A stretch of 64,000 bases of DNA from Patescibacteria group bacterium (GCA_028688055.1 JAQTYZ010000001.1:114910-178909), one strand, 5' to 3'; counted from the stretch's first letter, positions 9,594-19,558 are shown. Numbers and translations are program-made. Notes: generated from the letters alone by a model not told the origin.

Positions 9594-10622
9594 ATGGCAA
9601 CGAAGGCAATTTTTGAGAAGAAAAATATCTTGGTCACCGGTGGCGCCGGATTCATCGGCTCTCATCTTTGTGATGAGTTGATTAAAACTAACAAGGTAAT
9701 TTGTATTGACAATTTTATCTCTGGTGATGAATCAAATATTGATCATTTGCTTCAAAATCCGGACTTTGAGTTTCTTAAACATGATATTAATGACCCTATT
9801 AATTTGGAGGAATTAACTGAACTGGATAAATTTCGTGTTAAGTTTCAAGGAATTCAGGAAATTTATCATTTAGCTTGTCCAACCTCTCCTAAGGACTTTG
9901 AGAAAACAACTGTCGAAACTGCCTTAACCAATTCAGTGGGCACCAGAAATATGCTCGATTTGGCGGTGAAGTATAAGGCAAAATTTATGTTAACCTCATC
10001 ATCGGTTGTCTATGGAGCAAGAGATAATCAAAGTTTATATTTTAAGGAGGACCATCTCGGCCTGGTTAATCAGAATAGTCCTCGCGCTTGTTATGATGAA
10101 GGAAAAAAGTTTGCTGAAACTTTAACTTATACTTATCGTGAATATTATAAACTTGAGGCTAAGATTGTTAGAATTTTTCGAACTTATGGCCCAAGAATGG
10201 CTCTTAATACTGGTCAAATGTTGCCGGACTTCGTTTCGGGCGCTTTAGAAAATAAGGATTTAGTAATTTTTGGTGATGAAAGTTTTAGTTCGTCATTTTG
10301 TCATGTCGCTGACATTGTTCAAGGGATGATTAAAATGATGAAGTCGGGTGAAGTTGGTCCAATGAATTTAGGCAGCGATTTGGAATACAAAATTGTCGAC
10401 GTTGCCAAAAAGGTAATTGAGCTAACGGGTTCTAAGTCTAAAATTGTTTTTAAGAAGCCTTTGCTTTTCATGACGCCACTTGGTTTGCCCGACATTACGA
10501 TGGTAAAAGATAATTTGGGTTGGTTTCCCGTGGTTTTACTTGAAGAAGGAATCAAGAGCGCCATCGACTATTTCCGAGCCCATAAGTCAGTGTTAAGGCC
10601 GACTAGCCGCTTTGATAAATAA
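9594..10622 (+). CDS. NAD-dependent nucleotide-sugar epimerase/dehydratase (UDP-glucuronate decarboxylase/UXS-like SDR)
   Basis: Rossmann motif VTGGAGFIGSHL near the N-terminus; catalytic YxxxK region (ACYDEGKKFAE); length 342 aa. Confidence 0.75.
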   Translation: MATKAIFEKKNILVTGGAGFIGSHLCDELIKTNKVICIDNFISGDESNIDHLLQNPDFEFLKHDINDPINLEELTELDKFRVKFQGIQEIYHLACPTSPKDFEKTTVETALTNSVGTRNMLDLAVKYKAKFMLTSSSVVYGARDNQSLYFKEDHLGLVNQNSPRACYDEGKKFAETLTYTYREYYKLEAKIVRIFRTYGPRMALNTGQMLPDFVSGALENKDLVIFGDESFSSSFCHVADIVQGMIKMMKSGEVGPMNLGSDLEYKIVDVAKKVIELTGSKSKIVFKKPLLFMTPLGLPDITMVKDNLGWFPVVLLEEGIKSAIDYFRAHKSVLRPTSRFDK

Positions 10623-10631
10623 TTAGGTCGT

Positions 10632-11303
10632 ATGAGAATTTGGGTGGTAATACCGGCATACAACGAAGCAAGCATTATTGGCCGAGTTATTAAAGACTTG
10701 AAAGCTGGTGTTGAAAATATTGTTGTTGTCAATGACGGTTCTACCGATGACACAGCCATGGCGGCGACCGCGTCAGGCGCAGTCGTCATTAGTCATATGA
10801 TCAACCTCGGCCAGGGTGCAGCATTGCAGACTGGCATTGATTTTGCCTTGAAAAATGAGGCCGACATTATTATAACTTTTGACGGTGACGGTCAGCATCA
10901 AGTAGGTGATATTGAGAACGTAATTAAACCGTTAATATTAGGTGAAGTTGACGTTGTTCTCGGTTCAAGATTTTTAGTCAGTTCCAGCCAGGTTCCGACG
11001 TTGCGTCGGCTCTTGCTTAGGTTTGCGACCCTGGTGACTAAAATTTATACTGGTTTAGTCGTTACGGATACTCATAATGGTTTTCGAGCTTTTTCAAAAT
11101 ATGCGGCCGAAAAAATTGAAATCAGGCAAAATGGTATGGCCCATGCGTCGGAAATAATTGAACAAATCAAGCGTCAAAATTTGAAATTCAAAGAGGTGCC
11201 CATCACGATTAGATATACCGCCTACTCGTTAGCGAAAGGACAGCATTTAGGGGACTCATTCAAAATTTTTTGGGATTTAATAATTGGTAGAATCAGCCGA
11301 TGA
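10632..11303 (+). CDS. Family 2 glycosyltransferase (DPM1/GtrB-like polyprenyl-phosphate sugar transferase)
   Basis: VVIPAYNEA...VVVNDGSTDDT and a DGDGQH (DxD-type) motif. Sits next to the GtrA-like gene. Confidence 0.8.
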   Translation: MRIWVVIPAYNEASIIGRVIKDLKAGVENIVVVNDGSTDDTAMAATASGAVVISHMINLGQGAALQTGIDFALKNEADIIITFDGDGQHQVGDIENVIKPLILGEVDVVLGSRFLVSSSQVPTLRRLLLRFATLVTKIYTGLVVTDTHNGFRAFSKYAAEKIEIRQNGMAHASEIIEQIKRQNLKFKEVPITIRYTAYSLAKGQHLGDSFKIFWDLIIGRISR

Positions 11304-11644
11304 TAATAAAAATTTTCATAATCTTATTCATCATCTTTGTGCTCAGTCGGACCTTTATTAGGTTTCGGGCAAAAGATATCACCATCCAAGAATTAGTTAT
11401 CTGGAGCATTTTTTGGTCCTCCGTTGCTATCGCGACTTTAATTCCCAGACAAACTGATGCGCTCGCGCGGATGGTTGGCGTTGCTAGGGGAGCCGATTTA
11501 TTAGTTTATATATCAATCATTGTTTTATTTTTTGTTGTCTTTAAAATAGTGGTCAAGTTGGAAAAAATTAGTCGTGATATCACTAAAATTGTTCGACACC
11601 AAGCCTTGAATGATAAAGAATATAAAGATAATGAGTCAAGATAA
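11300..11644 (+). CDS. Small membrane protein (DUF2304-like, commonly paired with GT2 transferases)
   Basis: 114 aa, 3 TM helices, 4-nt overlap with the upstream GT2 gene. Confidence 0.4.
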   Translation: MIIKIFIILFIIFVLSRTFIRFRAKDITIQELVIWSIFWSSVAIATLIPRQTDALARMVGVARGADLLVYISIIVLFFVVFKIVVKLEKISRDITKIVRHQALNDKEYKDNESR

Positions 11645-12683
11645 CCCTAGGGTTTTAATTGTCGTTTTAGTTTATAATGGCGCCGATTTTCTCGGCGATT
11701 GTTTTTCTAGTTTAAATAACATAAATTATCCCAAAGAAAATTATGATATTTTGGCAGTGGACAATCTCTCAACTGACAACTCAGTTGAATATCTTAAAAA
11801 TAATTGGGCCACGGTAAAGCTGATCGTTAATAAAATAAATTTGGGTTTTGCCGGGGGCAACAATGTCGGTTTTCGGTATGGCATCGAAAATAATTATGAC
11901 TATGTATACTTACTAAATCAAGATACGACCGTCGATCCGGACTTCATTAAGGAGGCGGTTTTGACTGCCACGGCCGACGAAAAAATCGCCGCGGTGCAAT
12001 CAAAATTACTTTTACACGATCACCCAGAACTACTAAATAGCTCTGGCAATGAGATCAATTATTTAGGGTTTGCTTTCGCCGGCGGATATAAATTGCCTGA
12101 TACCATTACCCTTGATCAAGAAATAACCTATCCATCTGGGGCCTGCACTTTATTTAAGGTTAAAGCCTTAAGCGATGTCGGCTTATTTAATCCAGATTTT
12201 TTTATGTACCATGAGGATACGGATTTAGGCTGGCGATTTTGGATTAGTGGCTATCGAATTATTTTAGCTGCCAAATCAAAAGTTTTCCATAAGTATGAAT
12301 TTTCGCGGTCAATCAGAAAATACTATTTTATGGAACGAAATCGGTATTTGGTTTTTTTTCAGAATTACCGACCCTTAACAATGCTATTAATTTTGCCGGC
12401 TTTTGCGGCAATGAATCTGGCGATGTTTTTTTATTCCTTTTGGGCGGGTTGGTGGCGTGAGGAATTAAAAGTGGTTGCATATTTATGCCGGCCTAGCAGT
12501 TGGCAGAAAATTATTCAAACGAGAAATTTAGTGCAAGCTAAGCGACGGCTCGGGGACCAAATAGTCACTCAAAAATTTATCGGTAAAATTGAATTTCAAG
12601 ATCTTTCAAATCCACTGTTAAAATATTTAGTTAATCCGGTGATGGATTATTATTGGACTTTAATAAAGCCAATTATCAAGTAG
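11610..12683 (+). CDS. Family 2 glycosyltransferase (alternative start at ATG 11631, MSQDNPRVL...)
   Basis: VVLVYNGADFLGDCFSSL...VDNLSTDNS and DxD motifs of the GT-A fold. Confidence 0.75.
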   Translation: MIKNIKIMSQDNPRVLIVVLVYNGADFLGDCFSSLNNINYPKENYDILAVDNLSTDNSVEYLKNNWATVKLIVNKINLGFAGGNNVGFRYGIENNYDYVYLLNQDTTVDPDFIKEAVLTATADEKIAAVQSKLLLHDHPELLNSSGNEINYLGFAFAGGYKLPDTITLDQEITYPSGACTLFKVKALSDVGLFNPDFFMYHEDTDLGWRFWISGYRIILAAKSKVFHKYEFSRSIRKYYFMERNRYLVFFQNYRPLTMLLILPAFAAMNLAMFFYSFWAGWWREELKVVAYLCRPSSWQKIIQTRNLVQAKRRLGDQIVTQKFIGKIEFQDLSNPLLKYLVNPVMDYYWTLIKPIIK

Positions 12684-12694
12684 CGCCAAATATT

Positions 12695-13849
12695 ATGAGT
12701 AAAAAAATCGCCATTATCACCCCAACCTTTCCGCCCTATGCCGGCGGCATTGGTAATGTCGCGGCTGCCACTGGCGAAGCATTAAAAACTCTGGGTTATG
12801 ATGTTACGGTATTTACGCCTTTGTATAATCAAGTTAAAGAAGAAGTGACGGGTGTCAAAGTCGTGCGAATTAAGCCGCTTTTAAAGTATGGCAATGCCGC
12901 GGTGGTTACGAAATTGCCTAAACTGATTAAGTCTTTTGACATTATTCATCTTCACTATCCATTTTTTGGCGGGGCGGAGATGTTGTGGCTTAACCGTAGA
13001 AAAATTAAGCAGCGCGGTCAAAAAATTATTATCCATTATCATATGGATGTTGTCGGTGAAGGAATATTTAAAATTATTTTTAGTTTTCATCGTACTTTTA
13101 TTTTACCGCAAATTGTAAAAATGGCTGATAAAATAATTTTTACCTCAATTGATTATGGCAAAGAATCTAACTTAGCTTTAGCTTATCAGTCCTGGCCGGA
13201 TAAATTTATTGAAATTCCCAACGGGGTTGATAGCACAGTTTTTAAGCCTTTCGAAAAATCGACTGAACTAATGGCTAGATATAATATTGAAAATCATGAT
13301 CGAATCGTTCTGTTTGTCGGCGGTCTTGATAAGGCTCATTATTTTAAAGGGGTTGAGTATCTAATTGAAGCGGTTGCTCGTTTGCGCCGCGCTGACTTTC
13401 CGATTAAATTAGTAATCGTCGGCGAGGGGGAGCTTAAAAAACAGTATCAAGATATCGCCGTTCAATTAAATATCGGCAATTGGGTCGTCTTTAGCGGCTA
13501 TGTTCCGAATCACGAATTACCCTTATTCTATAATCTTGCTGATGTCGTGATTTTGGCATCAGTCGATCGGTCCGAAGCATTTGGTTTAACGCTGGTCGAA
13601 GGTATGTCGTGTGCTAAGCCAGTTATCGCCTCAGATTTAGGTGGCGTTAGAAGCGTGATCGACAATGAAGTTAATGGTTTATTAGTAAAACCGAAGGACG
13701 TTGATGATTTGGCAAAAAAAATAAATTTTTTGCTGGACAATCCTGATGTCGCGAGGATTTATGGCGAGGCGGGTCGAACCAAGGTAGCGCGAGTTTATGA
13801 TTGGAAAATTATTGCCAAGCAAATTTCCGAGTTATATGAGAGTTTATGA
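12695..13849 (+). CDS. Family 1 (GT4) glycosyltransferase
   Basis: Begins MSKKIAIITPTFPPYAGGIG. C-terminal EAFGLTLVEGMSCAKPVIASDLGG matches the GT4 EX7E motif. The ORF track extends to 12653 with no ATG; ATG 12695 is the first after the upstream stop. Confidence 0.8.
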   Translation: MSKKIAIITPTFPPYAGGIGNVAAATGEALKTLGYDVTVFTPLYNQVKEEVTGVKVVRIKPLLKYGNAAVVTKLPKLIKSFDIIHLHYPFFGGAEMLWLNRRKIKQRGQKIIIHYHMDVVGEGIFKIIFSFHRTFILPQIVKMADKIIFTSIDYGKESNLALAYQSWPDKFIEIPNGVDSTVFKPFEKSTELMARYNIENHDRIVLFVGGLDKAHYFKGVEYLIEAVARLRRADFPIKLVIVGEGELKKQYQDIAVQLNIGNWVVFSGYVPNHELPLFYNLADVVILASVDRSEAFGLTLVEGMSCAKPVIASDLGGVRSVIDNEVNGLLVKPKDVDDLAKKINFLLDNPDVARIYGEAGRTKVARVYDWKIIAKQISELYESL

Positions 13850-14214
13850 GTAAGCTGTTCACGATGACAAAATGGTGGTTGGCGGTGGCGGGCTGGATGG
13901 CTGTTATTTTTTGTTTTTCCAACCAGCCTAATCTTCGGTCTGAACTAGTTCCGGTCTGGGATTTTGTTTTCCGTAAGATCGCCCACCTGTCAGAATATTT
14001 TGTTTTATCTTATTTGGTTTGGCGGGCTTTGAGAAAGAATGAAATAGAAAATACCGCCGCGATTTTTAGCGCCATTTTTTTTAGTCTGTTGTATTCAGTT
14101 ACTGACGAATGGCATCAATCATTTATTGTCGGTCGTGAATCAAATATCCATGATGTGGGCATCGACTTGCTTGGGATGTTATTCTTTGGTTTTTTAAGTA
14201 TCATAAAAAAATGA
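13846..14214 (+). CDS. VanZ-like family membrane protein
   Basis: 122 aa, 4 TM helices, WHQSFIVGRESNIHDV motif typical of VanZ-like proteins; overlaps the upstream stop by 4 nt. Confidence 0.5.
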   Translation: MSKLFTMTKWWLAVAGWMAVIFCFSNQPNLRSELVPVWDFVFRKIAHLSEYFVLSYLVWRALRKNEIENTAAIFSAIFFSLLYSVTDEWHQSFIVGRESNIHDVGIDLLGMLFFGFLSIIKK

Positions 14215-15377
14215 AGCTTTGTTTAATTAATAGCTTATATGAACCATATTCGCGCGGCGGCGCGGAAGTTGTTTTTGATACGGTCGTCAAAGAATTTTTG
14301 AAATTAAATTATGAGGTGGTGGTCATTACGCTTGGTCGTAAAAAAGAAGTTGTCAGACAAAATAATTTGACGATTTACCGCATTAAGCCCGTTAATGTAT
14401 TTTCATTTCTTGACATTAATAGTCGTCCAATCTGGCTGAGAATTTTTTGGCATCCGCTTGATGTTTTTAATTTAAGCTCATATTTCTCGGTTAAAAAAAT
14501 ATTGAAAATTGAAAAGCCGGTTGTCGTGATGACCCACAATCTCAAGGGTTTGGGTTATTTAATACCACTGGCCATAAAATCACTCAAATTGCGACATTGG
14601 CATACCATTCATGATGTTCAATTATCGCGGCCGTCTGGTTTAATCATTTTTGGTCAGGAAAAACCTTTTTTGTTTATTGATATGGCCTATGAAAAAATCG
14701 TCCGTTGGCTTTTTGGCTCGCCGGAAATTGTTATTTCACCGTCGAATTGGTTGCTGGATTATTATAAAGTTCGGGGATTTTTTCACCATTCTAAAAAAAT
14801 TATTTTGCCCAATCCGATTATTTTTTTAAAAGTCAAAAAACAAGACGAAAAAGTTGAAAGTAACATAGTAACATTTATTTTTGTTGGTCAAGTGGAGCAA
14901 TCGAAGGGGATTTTATTTCTAATTGAAGCTTTGAAAAAGGTTCGACAGTCTGATTGGCGTCTTCAAATAGTTGGTTCGGGACGAGCCGAAAATGAGGCTA
15001 AAAGGTTGGCCGGGGATGATGCTCGTTTTGAGTTTATCGGCCGCGTGCCGCCTGGTATCTTAATTGAACATTATCGAAATGCTGACTTTACGGTTGTTCC
15101 TTCACTTTGCTATGAAAATTCACCAAAGGTTATTGACGAAAGTTTAGCGGCGAATGTGCCAGTGATTGCCGCCGATATCGGCGGCGTTTCCGAGCGGGTC
15201 AAGGATGATTACAACGGTTTTACTTTTGCGCCGGCTAACGAAAAAAATTTAATTGAGGTTTTGGAGTATTTTTTAACTCATCAACAAGATATTGAGAGAC
15301 TGAAAAAAAATTGTTTTGTTTCGGTCCACAATTTATCGGCTTCAAGTTATCTTAAGCACTTATTGGGTTTGTTGTAA
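14211..15377 (+). CDS. Family 1 (GT4) glycosyltransferase
   Basis: N-terminal GT-B domain and C-terminal ENSPKVIDESLAANVPVIAADIGG (EX7E motif). Confidence 0.75.
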   Translation: MKLCLINSLYEPYSRGGAEVVFDTVVKEFLKLNYEVVVITLGRKKEVVRQNNLTIYRIKPVNVFSFLDINSRPIWLRIFWHPLDVFNLSSYFSVKKILKIEKPVVVMTHNLKGLGYLIPLAIKSLKLRHWHTIHDVQLSRPSGLIIFGQEKPFLFIDMAYEKIVRWLFGSPEIVISPSNWLLDYYKVRGFFHHSKKIILPNPIIFLKVKKQDEKVESNIVTFIFVGQVEQSKGILFLIEALKKVRQSDWRLQIVGSGRAENEAKRLAGDDARFEFIGRVPPGILIEHYRNADFTVVPSLCYENSPKVIDESLAANVPVIAADIGGVSERVKDDYNGFTFAPANEKNLIEVLEYFLTHQQDIERLKKNCFVSVHNLSASSYLKHLLGLL

Positions 15378-15385
15378 AAAAAGAA

Positions 15386-15407
15386 GTCACACGACGAGGT
15401 GTGACCT
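15386..15407. terminator. Hairpin (GTCACAC-gacgag-GTGTGAC) flanked by an A-run on plus and a T-run on minus; likely a bidirectional intrinsic terminator for the convergent genes 14211..15377(+) and 15446..15784(-)
   Basis: Perfect 7-bp inverted repeat with a 6-nt loop. The minus strand reads hairpin then TTCTTTTTTTAC. Confidence 0.5.
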
Positions 15408-15445
15408 GAGGGGGGGGCTCAAGGAGCAAACGCGTTTGTGGGCGC

Positions 15446-15784
15446 TTAGGCGGTGGCCATAACGAATTGTTGCAGACCTTGCACATCTTGATGCTGGCCA
15501 ACAAGCCAGTCAACGATTTCGTCAACATCGTTTGTGCCGGACAACTCAACAATCCGCTCATATAGCGCCTCACCCGACAATTCGGGTTCGACCGGATTGT
15601 TACAGACGCTGCATAGGACTACAGCGATCTGTTCCAGGGTAAGCCCCCGGGACTGAAGATGCGTCCAAACAATCTCGTCCAGTAAGGGGGATCGATTTTC
15701 CCCCAATAATGGTCCAATACCGTTACTCACGACTGCCTCCTTTCTTGCTGGGTTTGATTCGGTTGGCGTAACAGTTGCAACCAT
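15446..15784 (-). CDS. Hypothetical protein encoded in a GC-rich island; likely true start GTG at 15730 preceded by AAAGGAGG
   Basis: 112-aa ORF (95 aa from the GTG). Local GC is visibly about 50% against about 37% in the flanks. A strong SD sits 5 nt upstream of the GTG. The gene has its own terminator hairpins on both sides. I recognise no family. Confidence 0.45.
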   Translation of the reverse strand: MVATVTPTESNPARKEAVVSNGIGPLLGENRSPLLDEIVWTHLQSRGLTLEQIAVVLCSVCNNPVEPELSGEALYERIVELSGTNDVDEIVDWLVGQHQDVQGLQQFVMATA

Positions 15785-15816
15785 ATTAAATCACATAATC
15801 TTAATTTTGTAAATAC

Positions 15817-15848
15817 CAAGCCCCGTTTAGGCGGGGCTTGGTATTTGG
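15817..15848 (-). terminator. Intrinsic terminator hairpin CCAAGCCCCG-tttagg-CGGGGCTTGG downstream of gene 15850..17946(-)
   Basis: 10-bp perfect GC-rich stem with a 6-nt loop, followed on the minus strand by TATTTACAAAATT. Confidence 0.55.
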
Positions 15849-15849
15849 G

Positions 15850-17946
15850 TTATTGTTGGTATCTAAATATAAATATCTGGCCGTTATCTATGGCGTAAAC
15901 CTTATCAGCACTATCTGACGCTTGATTGACTATTTTTTCAAAGTTATTCCAATATTTATTTATGACAAAATATGACTCATTAACTTGGGCATCATTCATT
16001 ATTTTTACCATTGTCTCGCGATTGGCACCATTATAAACCATACTCAAATAGGCGTCATAGAAAGTTTTCGGACTGCCGTTAGGCATGGAGTAAAAAAATT
16101 GACCATCATAATATTTTTTAAAACCAAACTCTTTGATGGCCGCCGCGCCAACCATTTGGTTAGCTAAAACAAGATGATTTGGCGCGGCAATTTGTTCAAT
16201 GTAATTCACGGCATCAATATCAGCTTGCCCTAGGCTAAAAAATTTAGCTGGCTCGTATTGATTTAGTCTTGGATAAGATAAATATAGTGATGCTGAAGCT
16301 AAGGCAGTTAGTCCTAAGGTCAAAAAAGATTTATAGAAAAAATCCTGAGACCAAACAATTTTGGTAATTTGATAAATGCCAACTAAGAAAAACGGCAATA
16401 AGGTGTAAAACACCAACCAAATCAAACGATTGGTAAAATCGTTTTGGTCATAACTGCTTAAGGCTGGGAATTCAATAAAATATTTGACGATAATGAAATC
16501 AGCCAATAAAACAAAACCGGCGGTCAGGTAAGCGCTATTATTTTTAAGCAACTTGTGCCCCGCTACAAATTTGAGTCCAATAAAAATAACTATGGCTGCC
16601 AAAATTATTTTGTTTAAGCTGATAAAGTAAGTAAAGTTTAACGGTAGATCAAATTTGTCTATCAGCCCTACAACATTGAAGTTAATGTTGTGGATTGTTG
16701 GTAAGTTAATCGTTGCCCCATTGGCAAAAAAGGCTAATGGCAACAATGGTATGAATACCAGTGACGTCCAAAAATAAAGCGGTAAGTGATGTCGGTAGCT
16801 TGAATAAAAAGCTTTGAAAATATTAAACAGGACTACGCAAATTAATAACGGAATACCGGCGAGCGGGTGAATAATTAAAGTCGCGGCGGCCAGGAGATAT
16901 AAAACACGCGCAGGGATGGCGTCGCGAAAATATGCCATTGACAATAAAATCGTCGCGATGAAATAAATATTCGCTAGATTTTGCGGGGCGGTCATAATAA
17001 ATCCGGTATAGGGGATCAGTAGAATGGAAAAAGCGAGGATCAGGGAGTAATTTTTTTTAAACCATTGACTGAAGGTAAAAAAGATAATTGGTGGAACGAA
17101 AATTGAAAAAATGGCCGGAACTAAAAGTCGATCGATAATAGTCAGGTCGACCAGGGTAAGTTTATGAAAAAAGATAACTAGACCATATTGTCCAAGATAG
17201 TATAAAGTTTTCGGCGCGATGATACCGGTCTGGTCGATAATTTTTTCGGCGGCTTGATGAATGAAAGGGTCAAAACCGTAGCCAATTTTATAAACAATAA
17301 GTGCGACCGAACTACTGAGAAAAGCATAAAGCGAAATTAAGGCCAGCGGCAACTTGGTTCTGAAGGACTGAAACAGGTAAACAATCAGTATAAATCCAGC
17401 CAATGAATAGGCGGGTATAAAAGCCCAGTGGACGGTTTCCCAAGGTGATTGAATGGAAGCTACGGTTTGCCCTTGATCCAGGAGATAAAAGCAGCCAGCC
17501 GTAATCATCAGATAAAATAAAACCAGGATAAAATTAGTTTTTGGTTCGCGCCGTTGATCAAATTTAGCTAAGTAATCTTTTAAGGTTTTTTTAAGTGAGA
17601 ATTTTTCTCTAAGTTCGGCCCGATAATACGGAATCATTAGGGCAGCGGGAATAAAAAGCAAAATCAGCAGGAAAACGTAGTTTGATAGCTGGTAAACTAA
17701 AATGGCGCTACCGCCCAAGAGGGCAATTAAGGCGATGAGGAAAAAAGCTCCTAATAAAATCTGCCAACCGCGCTCGGCTACAAATAGTGAGCCAAAAATA
17801 AAGCCGTAAAAAAATAAAAAGGCTAGACCAATTAAGCTGCCAACATAAATATTTTGCCAAAAACTGATATTAATAATCGCCAAAATAAAAATGGCAAAGG
17901 TAATACTGAGGTATTTGGTTTTAGTTATTTTTGCCTCCATAATCAT
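15850..17946 (-). CDS. Large polytopic membrane protein, GT-C-fold glycosyltransferase-like (ArnT/PMT-like) with C-terminal soluble domain
   Basis: 698 aa. About 14 TM helices across the first ~520 aa, then a ~170-aa hydrophilic C-terminus; this architecture is typical of GT-C transferases. Confidence 0.45.
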   Translation of the reverse strand: MIMEAKITKTKYLSITFAIFILAIINISFWQNIYVGSLIGLAFLFFYGFIFGSLFVAERGWQILLGAFFLIALIALLGGSAILVYQLSNYVFLLILLFIPAALMIPYYRAELREKFSLKKTLKDYLAKFDQRREPKTNFILVLFYLMITAGCFYLLDQGQTVASIQSPWETVHWAFIPAYSLAGFILIVYLFQSFRTKLPLALISLYAFLSSSVALIVYKIGYGFDPFIHQAAEKIIDQTGIIAPKTLYYLGQYGLVIFFHKLTLVDLTIIDRLLVPAIFSIFVPPIIFFTFSQWFKKNYSLILAFSILLIPYTGFIMTAPQNLANIYFIATILLSMAYFRDAIPARVLYLLAAATLIIHPLAGIPLLICVVLFNIFKAFYSSYRHHLPLYFWTSLVFIPLLPLAFFANGATINLPTIHNINFNVVGLIDKFDLPLNFTYFISLNKIILAAIVIFIGLKFVAGHKLLKNNSAYLTAGFVLLADFIIVKYFIEFPALSSYDQNDFTNRLIWLVFYTLLPFFLVGIYQITKIVWSQDFFYKSFLTLGLTALASASLYLSYPRLNQYEPAKFFSLGQADIDAVNYIEQIAAPNHLVLANQMVGAAAIKEFGFKKYYDGQFFYSMPNGSPKTFYDAYLSMVYNGANRETMVKIMNDAQVNESYFVINKYWNNFEKIVNQASDSADKVYAIDNGQIFIFRYQQ

Positions 17947-17986
17947 AGTTTAGCACAGGGAGGCCATTTTTTGCTATAATTGAAAT

Positions 17987-19558
17987 ATGGCAAAAAAGCA
18001 TTTTTTATCCCTAATAGTATTATCCGTAATTTTTTTAGTTATTTATGTTTGGCTAGCCAGTCCCGCGGTGACCAGCTTTAGCTTGGACAACCGGTTTGAT
18101 TGGCCTGACGAAACGGCCAACTATTTTTGGACTAAGAATTTTGCTCAAACCGGCGAGCTGTCGGTATTTCAACCACTTAATTTGTCGGCCCAAAATCAGA
18201 TTCATCCGCGCAGTTTTAATGTGCGATCTGACGGTTCATTAGTCCCAGGCAGTTTCTTGGGGTTGATTTTAATGTATGGTTTTTTGGCGAAAATTTTTGG
18301 CCCGTGGCTTATTATTTATCTAACGCCGATTTTGTCGGTTTTAGGTGTTTTGGCATTTTATGGCATTGTCAAGGAAATTTTTGATTCTCGGATTGCCAAA
18401 ATTTCGGCGGTGTTAATGTTTATTAACCCAGCTTGGTGGTATTATTCGGTCACGACCATGTTGCCAAATGTCGCTTTTGTATCTTTAGCTTTAGTCAGTA
18501 TTTTTTTTCTGATCAGGAAATCAAAACACCAGTTCAGCTCAGCAATTATTTCCGGCTTAAGTCTGGGCTTGGCGGTTTCTGTCAGACCGTCCGAAGTCAT
18601 CTGGCTGGCGGGTGTCTATCTGGCGGTTTTTTTATACCGACGCCACGGTTTGAAATTTATCACGCTGTTTTATTTTTTTGCCGCCGCGGCGTTAATGATG
18701 TTACCCACATTATATTATCAACAACTGACGTTTGGTAATTTTTTAACTTCCGGCTATGAACAATTAAATACCGAAAGCAGTAACGTCTGCGGTGCGTGCG
18801 AATTGACTAAGTCACTAATTTTGCCTTTTGGCTTCCATCCCGGTTTGGCCACCCAAAATTTTTGGACTCATTATTTAAGTCGATTATGGTGGTTGTCGTT
18901 GCTTTCAGTTTTAGGGCTCGTTTCTTTTTTGGCTAAAAGCTCCAAGCAAAAAAATGAAATTTGGGGTTATCTTGCTCTGAGCGCGTTTGTTTTTTCTTGG
19001 CTAGGTATTTATTATGGCAGCTGGCAGTTTGCCGATCAGCTGACAGTCAATTTAAACACCTTAGGTTTATCTTACGTCAGGTATTGGCTACCACTTTATT
19101 TGTTAGCGTTGCCATTTACCGCCATGGGGTTAATGTGGCTGTCCAATTTTATTCGGTTAAAATGGCGGCGGGCGTCCATTGGAGTAATGCTGATTTTATT
19201 GCTTTATCCGGCCGCAAAATTGACTTTGCACGATCAGGCCGACAGTATTTTACCGGTTAAGGCGCGAATTGCCGTTTATAAAAAAGAGGCGGCGGAAATT
19301 AATCAAGTGACTCCGTCAGACGCCGTTGTCGTCACTGTCCGAAAGGATAAAGTTTTGTTTCCTGAACGCCAAGTTATTCATTCCTTTGAACCGCTTAGTC
19401 AAAATTTAGAATTGCAAACTATTTTGCCAAAGTTAATTAAAGAAACTCCGGTTTATTATTTAGCCCTCATGGCGGAGCCAAACTTAGAATTATCAAACGG
19501 TTTAATTTTGACGCCAGTTAAAAACGTTGACGGTATGGTTTTATATCAAATCCAATGA
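17987..19558 (+). CDS. Polytopic membrane glycosyltransferase-like protein (GT-C fold, PMT_2/ArnT family-like)
   Basis: 523 aa. Periplasmic-loop motif region PGSFLGLILMYGFL...; ~11 TM helices; soluble C-terminal ~120 aa. Confidence 0.5.
   Translation: MAKKHFLSLIVLSVIFLVIYVWLASPAVTSFSLDNRFDWPDETANYFWTKNFAQTGELSVFQPLNLSAQNQIHPRSFNVRSDGSLVPGSFLGLILMYGFLAKIFGPWLIIYLTPILSVLGVLAFYGIVKEIFDSRIAKISAVLMFINPAWWYYSVTTMLPNVAFVSLALVSIFFLIRKSKHQFSSAIISGLSLGLAVSVRPSEVIWLAGVYLAVFLYRRHGLKFITLFYFFAAAALMMLPTLYYQQLTFGNFLTSGYEQLNTESSNVCGACELTKSLILPFGFHPGLATQNFWTHYLSRLWWLSLLSVLGLVSFLAKSSKQKNEIWGYLALSAFVFSWLGIYYGSWQFADQLTVNLNTLGLSYVRYWLPLYLLALPFTAMGLMWLSNFIRLKWRRASIGVMLILLLYPAAKLTLHDQADSILPVKARIAVYKKEAAEINQVTPSDAVVVTVRKDKVLFPERQVIHSFEPLSQNLELQTILPKLIKETPVYYLALMAEPNLELSNGLILTPVKNVDGMVLYQIQ

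Noticed and set aside
10319-10789. Two antisense ORFs (10319..10564, 10568..10789) over the epimerase/GT2 junction
   Set aside because: Opposite strand of two conserved enzymes; no independent support.
15352-15573. 73-aa ORF on the minus strand overlapping the GC-rich island and the terminator
   Set aside because: It runs through the terminator hairpin and the G8 tract in the wrong frame relative to the SD-supported 15446..15784 gene.
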